A stretch of DNA of 64,000 nt. Source: an uncultured delta proteobacterium (GTDB taxonomy: Bacteria > Desulfobacterota > RBG-13-43-22). Location of the stretch: contig CAWBOS010000010.1 of NCBI GenBank assembly GCA_963790475.1, positions 1,216,001 through 1,280,000 of the forward strand. The letters run 5' to 3'. The notes below the pieces were generated by a model. That model saw nothing but the letters and a program-made list of their open reading frames with translations, ran no database searches and had not been told where the DNA came from. Below are positions 1 through 9,805 of the stretch, in pieces; positions within the stretch are counted from its first letter, which is position 1, and each line of letters begins with the position of its first letter. A program made the translations under genes and the position numbers.

Positions 1-2
1 AA

Positions 3-902
3 TCTTTAGCCGTCAGCGAGATGCTCAAGCCGAAAAAGAAATTGATGCTCCTGGCCTACGGGGCCAATATCAAACTTTGCGGCGAGTCTTGCAGCCGTTA
101 CACCTTCCTTTGCGGCCACACCCCGTGGAACCAGAGCTATCCGGCCGTAGACTGGTTCCTGAAGACTCTGGGAAAAAAGGTTTATCTGATCGGAGCCGAT
201 TATTCCACCGGTCATGAAGTCGTCAAATTTTTCAAGGAACCTTTTGAGAAAAAAGGCGGTCAGGTGGTGGGGTCCTTTTTTGCACCACTGGGAACGACTG
301 AGTTTGCACCCTACTTGGCCAAAATCAAAAGCGCCAGTCCCAAACCGGACGGCATCTTCGGTTTTATCGGTGGAAATGATCTGGTAAATTTCGTCAAGCA
401 GTATGACGAGTTCGGCCTCCGGAAAGAAAATATCCCCATCATCGTCGGCTTAGGGGGATTCGGACCGGCTTTGCTCCCAGCCATGGGCGATGCCGCCGTC
501 GGTAATTACCATGTCTTTCATTACAGTGATTGGCTGGAAAATAAGGAAAATGAGGCTTTTAAAACCGCTTATGCCAAAATGTTTCCTGGTGAACTGGCGG
601 AAGAATCCGCTGTTCTGGGTTACGAAGTCGGAACGATGATGGTCAAAGGGCTGGATTATGCCGGCGGCAACCCGGAGGATACAGAAAAGATCATCAACGG
701 TATCGAAAAAGTGAACTATCGGAGCCCCCGTGGTCAGATCAAGATGGATCCGAACCATGTAGCCAATGTGCCGATTTACATATTCCAGGTGGTAAAAAAG
801 GATGGCAAGTTAATGCTTAGAACAGCGGCCAGCTTAGGAAACTTTGGCACACCCTATTCCGGTCCGGATGCCCCCGGCGGCGAATGTAAAATGACCAAAT
901 AG
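3..902 (+). CDS. Liv/HAAT-family ABC transporter substrate-binding protein (5' end outside window)
   Basis: Frame is open back to the window edge. Motifs GADYSTG, FAPLGTTEFAPYL and SPRGQIKM. Followed by two permeases and two ATPases. Confidence 0.9.
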   Translation, partial: SLAVSEMLKPKKKLMLLAYGANIKLCGESCSRYTFLCGHTPWNQSYPAVDWFLKTLGKKVYLIGADYSTGHEVVKFFKEPFEKKGGQVVGSFFAPLGTTEFAPYLAKIKSASPKPDGIFGFIGGNDLVNFVKQYDEFGLRKENIPIIVGLGGFGPALLPAMGDAAVGNYHVFHYSDWLENKENEAFKTAYAKMFPGELAEESAVLGYEVGTMMVKGLDYAGGNPEDTEKIINGIEKVNYRSPRGQIKMDPNHVANVPIYIFQVVKKDGKLMLRTAASLGNFGTPYSGPDAPGGECKMTK

Positions 903-929
903 GAACTAAGCAAGGTATTTCAAATTCTG

Positions 930-963
930 AAACGGTCAAAGAAGGTCTTCCCTTTGGCCGTTT
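930..963 (+). terminator. Stem-loop after the substrate-binding gene (terminator or mRNA stabiliser)
   Basis: AAACGGTCAAAG-N10-CTTTGGCCGTTT inverted repeat. Confidence 0.55.
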
Positions 964-1015
964 ATAAAAATTAGAGATGAAATCTCAGATTTATGATGAA
1001 AGAATCTAAAAGCCC

Positions 1016-1879
1016 TTGGACCTTTCTCTTTTATTGACCAACCTCCTTTACGGGGTCACCATCGGCAGCGCCTTGATCCTCATCGCCAGCGGGCTTTCCT
1101 TGACCTTCGGGGTGATGGGTGTTCTCAACTTTGCCCATGGCGGCCTCTGTATGCTGGGGGCTTACTTAGGCTATACCCTGGTTCAGATAACCGGGAACTT
1201 CTGGCTTTCTCTGATTGTGGCCCCCCTGATCGTGGCTGGGATCGGTATTTTATTGGAAGCCTTCACCATCCGTCCTCTCTATGGTCTGAACCCCTTATAC
1301 CAGCTTCTTCTGACGGTCGGGCTGGCCATGATCATTGCCAATGTGGTTTTACTGACTTGGGGAGGGGATCAGCTATCGATCACCCTCCCCCCTTATTTTA
1401 AAGGCTATGTCCATTTCTTTGGTCTGGATTATCCCCGATTTCGTCTTTTCGTGCTCCTTTTCAGCGCGACCATAGCCGGGATTCTCTGGATCACTATCAG
1501 ACGCACTAAATGGGGTATTGTGATCCGGGCCGGCATGCACGACTTGGAAACGGTCAGTGCCTTCGGCATCAACATCTACCGGGTTTTCACCATCGTTTTT
1601 GCCATCGGTGCCGGCCTGGCCGCCCTGGCCGGGGTCATCATCGGATCCATGCGGGCCATCAATCCCGAGATGGACTTTGAGTTGTTGACCAGCGCGCTGC
1701 TGGTGGTAGTTATCGGCGGTATGGGTTCTTTTCGGGGAGCGGTGGTCGGTTCGCTCCTCCTGGGTATTACCGATGCCTTCGGGGCTCAATTTTTTACCGG
1801 CGCGGCTAAGTTTTCGGTCTGGTTTCTGATGGTCGTCGTTCTCCTCTTTAGGCCGGAAGGCCTGTTCAAGGAGGATTAA
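1016..1879 (+). CDS. livH: Branched-chain amino acid-type ABC permease, LivH-like
   Basis: GLSLTFGVMGVLNFAHG and VVIGGMGS motifs; hydrophobic; TTG start. Confidence 0.9.
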   Translation: MDLSLLLTNLLYGVTIGSALILIASGLSLTFGVMGVLNFAHGGLCMLGAYLGYTLVQITGNFWLSLIVAPLIVAGIGILLEAFTIRPLYGLNPLYQLLLTVGLAMIIANVVLLTWGGDQLSITLPPYFKGYVHFFGLDYPRFRLFVLLFSATIAGILWITIRRTKWGIVIRAGMHDLETVSAFGINIYRVFTIVFAIGAGLAALAGVIIGSMRAINPEMDFELLTSALLVVVIGGMGSFRGAVVGSLLLGITDAFGAQFFTGAAKFSVWFLMVVVLLFRPEGLFKED

Positions 1880-1880
1880 G

Positions 1881-2846
1881 GTGAAACGCCGCTATTGGAT
1901 CTGGATCGTTCTGGCCGCCTTGTTAGCCTTTCCCTTAGGGGCTAATTTCCTTTACAGCAGTTTCTATATCTCTCTGCTCACCCGGATTTTTATTTATGCC
2001 ATAATCGTGCTTGGCTTTGACTTGCTGGCCGGATATACCGGCATGGTTTCCTATGGTCACGCCCTGTTTTTCGGCACCGGGGCCTATCTGACCGGCATGA
2101 TACTTAAACATTGGACCGCCTGGTTTTGGCCGCCGATTTTTATCACCATTGTCGCCAGTGCCGGTATCGCTTATATTATCGGTTTATTATCCATCCGCAC
2201 CCGTGAAATTTATTTTGTTTTTCTGACCTTTGCTTTTGCCCAGTTCTTTTTCGTCACTGCCAACAGCTTGGATTTTATCGGGGCCTCCAACGGTCTTTCC
2301 GCCGTTCCCAAACCGATTATCTTTCCGGGAATAAGTCTTTCCGGGGAAAATGCCTTTTATTATTTTGCCCTATCCTGCCTGGTCGCCGGCTATCTATTGG
2401 CCCGCTTGATCACTCAAAGCGCCTTTGGCCGGGTCATGGTCGGTATCAGGGAGAATGAGGAAAGGACCAAATTTTTAGGATACGATACCCGCCAGACCAT
2501 TCTGCGGGTATTTATCATTTCCGGGATATACGGCGGATTTGCCGGTGCCCTCTTAGCGGCCTTCAACTCTTTTGTTTCCCCGAACCTTTATCACCCGGCC
2601 GTTTCCGGAGAGATCATTATGATGGCCCTTTTAGGAGGGATGGGCACCCTGATAGGCCCGGTGATCGGTTCCGGGCTGGTCATCATTCTGGGGGACATCC
2701 TTTCCAGCTGGCTGGCGGAGTCCTGGATGATGATCCTGGGTGCCGTCTTTGTAATCATTATCTTATTCAGCCCCGGAGGGATCATGGCCCTCAGCCGCAA
2801 AATCAGCGAACGGTTGAAAATTGGGAGAGACCATGGCCCTTCTTGA
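1881..2846 (+). CDS. livM: ABC permease, LivM-like
   Basis: GYTGMVSYGHALFFG, IRENEERTKFLG, LLGGMGTLIGP. Confidence 0.9.
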   Translation: MKRRYWIWIVLAALLAFPLGANFLYSSFYISLLTRIFIYAIIVLGFDLLAGYTGMVSYGHALFFGTGAYLTGMILKHWTAWFWPPIFITIVASAGIAYIIGLLSIRTREIYFVFLTFAFAQFFFVTANSLDFIGASNGLSAVPKPIIFPGISLSGENAFYYFALSCLVAGYLLARLITQSAFGRVMVGIRENEERTKFLGYDTRQTILRVFIISGIYGGFAGALLAAFNSFVSPNLYHPAVSGEIIMMALLGGMGTLIGPVIGSGLVIILGDILSSWLAESWMMILGAVFVIIILFSPGGIMALSRKISERLKIGRDHGPS

Positions 2847-3573
2847 ATTACGCGGGGTTGGAAAAAGCTTCGGCGCCCTTGAGGTCCTGTCTCAGATCGA
2901 TCTTGACGTCGAAGCGGGTAAAATTACCAGCGTGATCGGACCGAACGGGGCCGGAAAGACGACCCTTTTTAATGTCATCTCCGGGCGTTTTCCGGCCAGT
3001 TCCGGGACCATCCTTTTCCAGGGACGCGACATTGCCCGACTGAAAGATCATGAAATAACCCTGGCCGGGCTGGCCCGCTCCTTTCAGATCACCAATATCT
3101 TCCAGAGATTGACGGTTTGGGAAAATATCTTTCTGGCCGTGCAAACCAGGTCCACAAAAAGAATGAGCCTTTTTACCCGTTTTCAGAAAATGGACAGCGT
3201 CAAAAGCCGGACCGGAGAGATCCTGAAACGGGTTGGTCTCGATCAATGGAAGGATAGTCCTGCCGGCCAGCTCAGCCATGGAGACCAGCGCCACCTGGAA
3301 ATAGGGATGACTTTGGCCACCGGCCCGGAGCTTCTCCTTTTGGATGAGCCCACCAGCGGTATGTCCCCGATCGAGGCTTCCCAGACCATGGATCTGATCG
3401 AGGACCTCTCCCGGGACTGCACCATTTTTCTCATTGAGCATAACATGGATATTGTCATGAACATTTCCGACCACATCTTTGTTCTGAATTTCGGCCGAAA
3501 AATCGCCGAAGGATCCCCGGAAGAAGTGGCCGATGATCCGGAAGTGTGCCGGGTATATTTGGGAGGGATATGA
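2833..3573 (+). CDS. livG: ABC ATPase, LivG-like
   Basis: Walker A GPNGAGKTT, LSHGDQR, LLLDEP, C-terminal YLG. ATG at 2833 after GGGAGAG. Confidence 0.9.
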   Translation: MALLELRGVGKSFGALEVLSQIDLDVEAGKITSVIGPNGAGKTTLFNVISGRFPASSGTILFQGRDIARLKDHEITLAGLARSFQITNIFQRLTVWENIFLAVQTRSTKRMSLFTRFQKMDSVKSRTGEILKRVGLDQWKDSPAGQLSHGDQRHLEIGMTLATGPELLLLDEPTSGMSPIEASQTMDLIEDLSRDCTIFLIEHNMDIVMNISDHIFVLNFGRKIAEGSPEEVADDPEVCRVYLGGI

Positions 3574-4313
3574 GTGCTCTGACCCTGGAAGCGATTCACA
3601 GTTATTATGGGAACAGCCATGTCCTGCAGGGGATATCGTTGGAAGTGCAGGAAGGGGAAGTGGTTTGTTTGTTGGGAAGAAATGGGGCCGGAAAGACCAC
3701 CACCATCCGTTCTATTATCGGGTTGACCCCCCCTCGAGAAGGAAAGGTCCGGATATTCGGACGGGAGATGCAGGGGAAGAAACCTTACGAAATCTTTCAC
3801 AGTGGTCTGCGGCTCATCCCCCAAGGCCGGCATGTATTTCCCATGCTGACCGTGGAAGAGAATTTAAGATTGGCCCTGGTAGCCACCGGCATCAAAGATG
3901 AGCGGGGAGAGCTGGACAAGGCCTACGCCATGTTTCCCGTTCTCAAAGAAAAAAGACAGGATCGGAGTCGGACTCTGTCCGGCGGACAATTGCAGATGGT
4001 GGCCAATGCCCGGGCCCTCATGGGTCCGGCAAAGCTGATTCTCATGGATGAGCCGACCGAAGGGTTGTCCCCTATCCTTATTGAACAGATCGGCCAATCC
4101 ATTTTGGAAATGAAACAAAGTGGAAAGACTATCCTGCTGGCCGAGCAGCATCTGCAGATGGCCCTGGCCGCCGGGGACCGTCATTATATTATCGATAACG
4201 GCCATCTGGTTTTCCAGGGGACTTCAGAAGATATCCAGGCCAATGAAGAAATCAAAGCCACCTATTTAGGCGTTTCCAAAAAACGCATCGTTTCAAAAAG
4301 AGGAGAATGCTGA
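3570..4313 (+). CDS. livF: ABC ATPase, LivF-like
   Basis: GRNGAGKTT, LSGGQ, MDEPTEGL. ATGA overlap with the previous gene. Confidence 0.9.
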   Translation: MSALTLEAIHSYYGNSHVLQGISLEVQEGEVVCLLGRNGAGKTTTIRSIIGLTPPREGKVRIFGREMQGKKPYEIFHSGLRLIPQGRHVFPMLTVEENLRLALVATGIKDERGELDKAYAMFPVLKEKRQDRSRTLSGGQLQMVANARALMGPAKLILMDEPTEGLSPILIEQIGQSILEMKQSGKTILLAEQHLQMALAAGDRHYIIDNGHLVFQGTSEDIQANEEIKATYLGVSKKRIVSKRGEC

Positions 4314-5158
4314 CAATGAAATGGAAAATTCATGTACTCTACCTTGGGGATATTACCATTCCCAAAGCCATGGGGACCATGGGTCTGGATTTGAACCTGG
4401 TCTTTCCGGCCCCCTATTTGGCTTTTCTGCTGGAATCCGGTCTTGGCAAAATTCTGGTGGATACGGGCATTCATTCCCGTTTCATCGTCGATGGGAAGGC
4501 CTGGGCCGGGGCCCCGGCCAAAGGAGGAGAGTCTTTTTTATTGAAAGCCTTGAAAAAGCACCGGACGCTTCCGGAGGAAATCGAAACGGTACTTTATACC
4601 CATCTCCACAACGATCACGCCGGGAACGGCCATCTCTTTCCAAAAGCCCTTCATGTTTTCCATTATGACGAATGGAACGAACTCGTCAATCCCCTCCCTT
4701 CAATGCGCATCAGACAGGATTTCGATCCGGCGGTCATTCCCATCCTGGAAACGTTTCGCTGTCGAAAGGTGGTCGGCGATGGGGAGTTTACTGAAGGCAT
4801 CCGTTATTATCATACTCCGGGACATACCATTGGCGGTCTGACCTTCGCCATAGATACCTTGGACGGCCCCTATGTTATCCCCGGTGATATCGTCAATATC
4901 TACCAGAACATGTTTCCGAAGATGTCCTGGATGCTGGGATTGGATGGAAAACGGCTTGACATAACTCCGGCCCCTGAGCGATACGGCCCCCTCGGGGTTC
5001 CTTCCGGAATTCTCTATGATCACTATGCCTGGTATCGATCGATCTGGAAGATTCGAGGATTACTGAAAACACCCAAACATCTGCTTCCCTGCCATGAACC
5101 GGCTATCAGCGGCAAAACTTTCCCGGGGGACAGCATCGACCTGGACATCCCGGAATAA
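4307..5158 (+). CDS. Metallo-beta-lactamase-fold hydrolase (N-acyl-homoserine lactonase family-like)
   Basis: LVDTG, THLHNDHAG (HxHxDH), TPGHT, GD, PCHE. Confidence 0.85.
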   Translation: MLTMKWKIHVLYLGDITIPKAMGTMGLDLNLVFPAPYLAFLLESGLGKILVDTGIHSRFIVDGKAWAGAPAKGGESFLLKALKKHRTLPEEIETVLYTHLHNDHAGNGHLFPKALHVFHYDEWNELVNPLPSMRIRQDFDPAVIPILETFRCRKVVGDGEFTEGIRYYHTPGHTIGGLTFAIDTLDGPYVIPGDIVNIYQNMFPKMSWMLGLDGKRLDITPAPERYGPLGVPSGILYDHYAWYRSIWKIRGLLKTPKHLLPCHEPAISGKTFPGDSIDLDIPE

Positions 5159-5258
5159 ACAGTACTAAAAGGCTTTATCCCAATTCGCGGATAAGAGAAA
5201 AATACAAAATCGGATGATAATAGCAATCAACCTACTATTCAAAATAAAGGAGAGTTAA

Positions 5259-6122
5259 GTGGAAAAAGTTATCATCAGTGCCGCCCTTACCGGAGCAGCC
5301 ACGCGAAAAGAACAAAACCCGGCAGTCCCCTACACCCCTCAGGAATTTGCCGATGAGTCTTATAAATGCTGGAAGGCCGGAGCGGCTATTGTGCATATCC
5401 ACGTCCGCGACCCGAAGACGGGCTTCCCCACGGCGGAACTTCCCTTGATCCGGGAGACCATCGACGCCATACGGAACAAATGTCCGGAAGTGATTCTGAA
5501 CATGAGTTCGGCCATTGGGGTCGGATTCAGCAACGAACAGCGGATCGCCCCCATTGTGGAAATGAAACCGGAACTGGCCTCTTTGAACACCAATTCCATG
5601 AACTTTTCCATAGCCGATCATAAAACAGGGCAGATCGTAATGAACGGAGACGCCATCTTTGAAAACACCTTCAATATGATGATTGATTTTGCCATTCAAA
5701 TGCGTCAAAACAGGGTCAAACCGGAATGTGAGGCCTACGACTTCGGCGGTATTTATAATATCCTTCTGGTCCGCAAACAGGGCCTCTTCGAAGAACCCAT
5801 GCACTTCCAACTCGTTTTCGGCGTGGCCGGAGGCGTTCCCTTTACCCCTCTGAATATGGTTCATATGCAAAGTCTTCTTCCCCCTGATGCCACCTGGTCG
5901 GTCTGTGGTGTGGGGCCTAATCAATATCCAGCCGCTATCCAGGCCTCAATCATGGGGGGACATATTCGGGTCGGGCTGGAAGATAATATTCGGGTGTTGA
6001 GGGGAAAGATGGCTAAAGGAAGCTGGGAACAGGTTGAAGTGGCCAAAAGGATCATAGAGCTGGCCGAAAGGGATGTGGCCACAGCGGATGAAGCCCGGGA
6101 GATCCTGAATCTGCATAGGTAG
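5259..6122 (+). CDS. Beta-keto acid cleavage enzyme (BKACE / 3-keto-5-aminohexanoate cleavage family)
   Basis: AALTGA, VPYTPQE, AGAAIVHIHVR, GGHIRVGLEDN signature. GTG start with GGAG RBS. Confidence 0.9.
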   Translation: MEKVIISAALTGAATRKEQNPAVPYTPQEFADESYKCWKAGAAIVHIHVRDPKTGFPTAELPLIRETIDAIRNKCPEVILNMSSAIGVGFSNEQRIAPIVEMKPELASLNTNSMNFSIADHKTGQIVMNGDAIFENTFNMMIDFAIQMRQNRVKPECEAYDFGGIYNILLVRKQGLFEEPMHFQLVFGVAGGVPFTPLNMVHMQSLLPPDATWSVCGVGPNQYPAAIQASIMGGHIRVGLEDNIRVLRGKMAKGSWEQVEVAKRIIELAERDVATADEAREILNLHR

Positions 6123-6261
6123 TGTAGTGTATCCGTAATCACTTTACAGTCTTGTCATTCCGGACTTGATCCGGAATCCAGTCTTTCAACCCTGGATTCC
6201 CGCTTTCGCGGGAATGACGGGATAGGGACATTGTAAAGGAAACATAGAAACACTACAGTAG
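6119..6261. mobile_element. MITE-like element with imperfect terminal inverted repeats enclosing a REP-like palindrome
   Basis: Left GTAGTGTAGTGTATCCGT versus right (reverse complement) CTACTGTAGTGTTTCTAT. Internal palindrome GTCATTCC...GGATTCCCGCTTTCGCGGGAATGAC at 6154-6218. Confidence 0.6.
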
Positions 6262-6309
6262 TATATACTCGGCCAGTTGCCAAACTTACATTTGCTATAA
6301 CAGGGATAG

Positions 6310-7113
6310 GGAATAAATTCTCTCTGCTATATAGAAGACATTAAAGATACCAGGGCATTCCTCAACGCCCTGGGCCGGACGACGGCCGAAAAGCCGGTCA
6401 TCATCCTCAAAGGCGGGAGAACGGAGACCGGAGCAAGAGCGGCCGCCAGCCACACCGGCGCTATGGCCAGTGACTACACTATCTGGTCTTCTGCGGTAAG
6501 ACAGTATGGAGGGATTTTAGTCGATGATTTCGATCAGATGATGAATCTGGTCATGCTCAGTACGGGGGAAAAAACACTGGGAGGAAAACGGGTGGGATTC
6601 TTCGGCGCAGGAGGAGGGATATCCGTTCTTTTCACCGATCTTGCCCTGCAGGCGGGGCTTTCACTGCCGGAATTGAGCGAAAAAACACAACGGATGATCG
6701 CTAAGAAAATCAAAGGCGTCAACACCTCGACGGCAAACCCCGTCGATCTGGGCGCCTTTGGCTTTGACCTCAAAGTCATGTCTCATACCATGAAGGCCCT
6801 GGATGAGGATGACGGCATCGATGTAATCATCCCCTATTTTTCCGTCGAGTACATCATGCGGTCGGAAATCTTTCTCAATGTGAAAAACAACGAGCAGACC
6901 TTTTTCGATATGGCCGAAGAAATAAAAAAGCCGATTATACCTATCCTTTCCTGTTTTACGGATGATAATCTTGATGTCGAGCGTTCCAGAATTTCCACTT
7001 TTTCCGCTTTGCGAAGGGCGGGCTTACCAGTGTACCCCAAAATACAGGACGCAATTTATTCTATCGGTATTTACTGGGAATGGGTGGCCAAACAAACAGC
7101 GGCCAAAAAGTAG
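6310..7113 (+). pseudogene. 5'-truncated NDP-forming acyl-CoA synthetase alpha subunit
   Basis: Frame upstream of ATG 6463 reads LCYIEDIKD...KPVIILKGGRTETGARAAASHTGAM and aligns to the middle of the paralog at 33835. In-frame TAG at 6307; about 200 N-terminal residues are missing. Confidence 0.8.
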
Positions 7114-7248
7114 CCAAATCTACTTGAAATTTTGGGAGGTCATCGGTAGTCTTTGGTAAAGGGTTAGAGATAAATCCTCGGATGATCTGATGAAAAAATC
7201 TGAGCCGATTTCGGCCTTGATTTGGATAAAGGGGATTTTGTGATTGGG

Positions 7249-7701
7249 TTATAGAAGGTGCTTCAAATACGGCCGGGCCTGGTTAAACAAGTCTGCAAAA
7301 ATGCTGATCGTACCAATTTCCGGCTCTCCTATGGAGAGGATAACGGTTTTTTTCCAGTAAAGGTTCCCTTCCCTCAACCCTTTGACCATTTCCCAGGGGA
7401 TGAATAACGGTTTAAGCCGGGAGGAAAAGGGAATGTTAACCTCCAAATAAAGCCCTTGTTCGGTGATCCCCACCGTGGCACATCGCCTATAAAACACCTG
7501 ACCTGCTTCTATGGTTTGTCCTTTGAACAAATCCCCCAGTGGTGGAGATGACGCCGGGAAGCGTTCAGCCAGCCTTGTCCAGCCCCCACCCCGGCCGCTG
7601 ATGTTTTTCAAAATTTTCGGAAGCAGAAAAACCAAGCCGATTATTAGGAGAATAACAATGACAATAGCCAGGGAAAGAAAGAAAATAAAAGATGAATCCA
7701 A
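7249..7701 (-). CDS. Hypothetical membrane-anchored protein
   Basis: 150-aa ORF with an N-terminal hydrophobic helix; GGWTRLAERF and LFIPW segments. Confidence 0.7.
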   Translation of the reverse strand: MDSSFIFFLSLAIVIVILLIIGLVFLLPKILKNISGRGGGWTRLAERFPASSPPLGDLFKGQTIEAGQVFYRRCATVGITEQGLYLEVNIPFSSRLKPLFIPWEMVKGLREGNLYWKKTVILSIGEPEIGTISIFADLFNQARPYLKHLL

Positions 7702-7737
7702 TGGCTGCCCTTCTATTTATTTTAATATCCGATGAAC

Positions 7738-7968
7738 TTATTTGGGTCCGAAGACTTCCCCAGCGGGGGTTTGGGTCTTTTTTGGGGTTCCTTTTTTCGC
7801 CGGGGCCTTGGTCTCTTTTGGCTCAGCAGGAGGAGCCTTGGGAGGCGCTTCCTTTTCCCCCGCAATAGATTGTTTCACGTCGTTGACTACATGTTTGACT
7901 TGAACGCAGCCTACCAAGAAGCAAAGTGACAAGAGGATGATTAAAAGGTTTTTTATCCGAGGAACCAT
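7738..7968 (-). CDS. Small putative lipoprotein
   Basis: GGAGG RBS, signal peptide with lipobox LVGC, Pro/Lys/Ala-rich tail. Confidence 0.65.
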   Translation of the reverse strand: MVPRIKNLLIILLSLCFLVGCVQVKHVVNDVKQSIAGEKEAPPKAPPAEPKETKAPAKKGTPKKTQTPAGEVFGPK

Positions 7969-8152
7969 GTTGGTAACCTCCGCTGTTAACGAAAAAAGAA
8001 TAGAATGGTGAAAGTATATGAGGGAAAAGAAAACAGGTCAAGGAGAAAAAAGATAAATATCTGACCGAATGGGCCCGACCCAGCTCCACATGATAACCTG
8101 CCCATTCACGTTGAATTGAACCGGGACCATTTTCATAAAGAGATTTGAATTA

Positions 8153-8395
8153 ATGAGAAAAGGTTTTTTTATTTTGGCAATACTGAACGGTTGGCTTTGC
8201 TGGCTTCCTTTTTCGGAAGCGGCCGTCACTCTTCCCAATGAACCTGTCGTGGACCACCCGGCAGATGTTGTCTTGCCTCGGGATTTTCCTTTTCCGATAT
8301 CAGAAAAGGTCATCGAGACCGGGGGCCTCAAAATCCTGGTTTTTGGGCACAGCGGTACCGGTGATGAGATTCAGATGAAGGTCGACCGGCCATGA
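8153..8395 (+). CDS. Hypothetical small secreted protein
   Basis: 80-aa ORF with a signal-peptide-like N-terminus (MRK + hydrophobic stretch + SEA). Confidence 0.45.
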   Translation: MRKGFFILAILNGWLCWLPFSEAAVTLPNEPVVDHPADVVLPRDFPFPISEKVIETGGLKILVFGHSGTGDEIQMKVDRP

Positions 8396-8452
8396 AAAAT
8401 TTTTGCGAAAAGAACGGGTGTCATCTGGGCCTCACCGGTCGCGTAGGCAAAA

Positions 8453-8659
8453 TCAGCGGAGCATTTCGATGGCACAGCTCGGGCACAGGATCCGGAGACG
8501 GGTAATGGCATCACCCTCTCTCAGTTTTTCAATTTCCCTGTGTTCCTTTCGCATTTGATCGGTACAGTGGAGGCAGTAAACCTTTCCGCAATCAGGGCAT
8601 TCTACCCAACCTTCGTCGGCAGTATAATCCTTTCCGCAGGATTCACATTTTTTCTTCAT
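8453..8659 (-). CDS. Small Cys-rich (double zinc-finger-like) protein
   Basis: Four CxxC pairs (CESC, CPDC, CLHC, CPSC) in 68 aa; GGAGG RBS. Confidence 0.75.
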   Translation of the reverse strand: MKKKCESCGKDYTADEGWVECPDCGKVYCLHCTDQMRKEHREIEKLREGDAITRLRILCPSCAIEMLR

Positions 8660-8842
8660 GTTGGTTTTTCCTCCCTCTTTTCTGTATAGCCTGTGAGTTA
8701 AAAGTTCCGGGTAGATTTTGAATTATAGGAAAGGGCCTGTTTACATGTCAAGGGTGAAATGACTCAAATTACAGGGTTAGATCCACCGAGGATATTTTAT
8801 CGAATAGGTTTTTGAAGTTGAGGTTTCTTGTTAGAAGAGACA

Positions 8843-8877
8843 AAAAAGGCAGGAGTCTATAAAACTCCTGCCTTTTT
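8843..8877. terminator. Intrinsic terminator, potentially bidirectional
   Basis: AAAAAGGCAGGAGT-CTATAAA-ACTCCTGCCTTTTT perfect stem with A/T tracts on both sides. Confidence 0.8.
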
Positions 8878-8915
8878 CTTTTCCAAAAAATAAATATTGA
8901 GTTAAAGGTTATCTT

Positions 8916-9149
8916 CTATTGAGACAAGGGAAACGGTGCTGGCAGTGAAGCTTTTTCCGTATAACCGTTTATTTTTACCTGAATGAAATACATATCTTTA
9001 GGACTTAAATTGGTGCCAAAAACCTTTTCCGCCCAATCCATGATCGATTTCTTGGTAATTCTTTCAGAATCGTTCCTCCTTTCTGGGAGAATACCAAGTA
9101 ACTCGTATCCCTTTGCTGGATCGTGCCAATAAAATTCGTAGGCAACCAT
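8916..9149 (-). CDS. Hypothetical 77-aa protein
   Basis: ATG at 9149 preceded by AGAGGA; sequence MVAYEFYW...GILPERR; terminator downstream. Confidence 0.65.
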   Translation of the reverse strand: MVAYEFYWHDPAKGYELLGILPERRNDSERITKKSIMDWAEKVFGTNLSPKDMYFIQVKINGYTEKASLPAPFPLSQ

Positions 9150-9366
9150 TAGAATTCCTCTCTTGGGTTTACAAACAACACCGAAAAAAAGGCACCCCTT
9201 TCTCAACTTGCCCTTCTTCACGAAATTTGTTCAGAGATTATTCGCGAATTTTTTCCCCGGACCCCTTGGTCTGGCAGACCAGACTTAAAAAGGAGAATTC
9301 ATATTTTTTTCTACTACTTTAAGTACTTAAGGTCAATCAACTTTTTTCTGATCCTTTACCTTTTTT

Positions 9367-9384
9367 TTGCAATTCGCATACCAA
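9367..9384 (-). promoter_or_regulatory. Sigma54 -24/-12 promoter
   Basis: Minus strand TTGGTATGCGAATTGCAA (GG-N10-GC) in an AT-rich intergenic region. Confidence 0.65.
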
Positions 9385-9448
9385 AAACACAACGTCAAGT
9401 AAATATTATATAATTATAATTATGGGTAATAGAGGGAAAGTTTGAATT

Positions 9449-9585
9449 TGTAAAGAAATCCGACAAAAAAACAGGATTCCGGAAGGAAAGAACTTAATAA
9501 AAAATAAATATCGTGTAATTTCAATAAGAAACAAATAACAGCACAGGATTTTGAGGAGTTTTCATTTCTGTTAAGAATTCCGACA
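9449..9585. promoter_or_regulatory. Pair of putative enhancer-binding-protein sites (TGT-N11-ACA)
   Basis: TGTAAAGAAATCCGACA (9449-9465) and TGTTAAGAATTCCGACA (9569-9585), 15/17 identical, upstream of the sigma54 promoter. Confidence 0.55.
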
Positions 9586-9805
9586 TTATTGAAAAAACCA
9601 ATCTTCCGGAATCATTAAGATCGGGACTTCCGATAAAAAGAAGGATTTTTTTTAAACTCAAGGATAGAAAATATTCTCAGGTAAATCTAAAGTATCAAGG
9701 GCGAAGTCCCGTTGAAGCAGGAATAAGGTGGCTCCTTAAACCTCAGGGAATATTCATCCAAGAATAATCGGAACGATCAGAATTTGGTTTCCCGGTTTGA
9801 ATCCT

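Noticed and set aside
8430-8455. UGA read-through of the zinc-finger gene giving U-F-C
   Set aside because: Only a weak hairpin follows and there is no homolog-based Cys alignment; treated as a normal stop.
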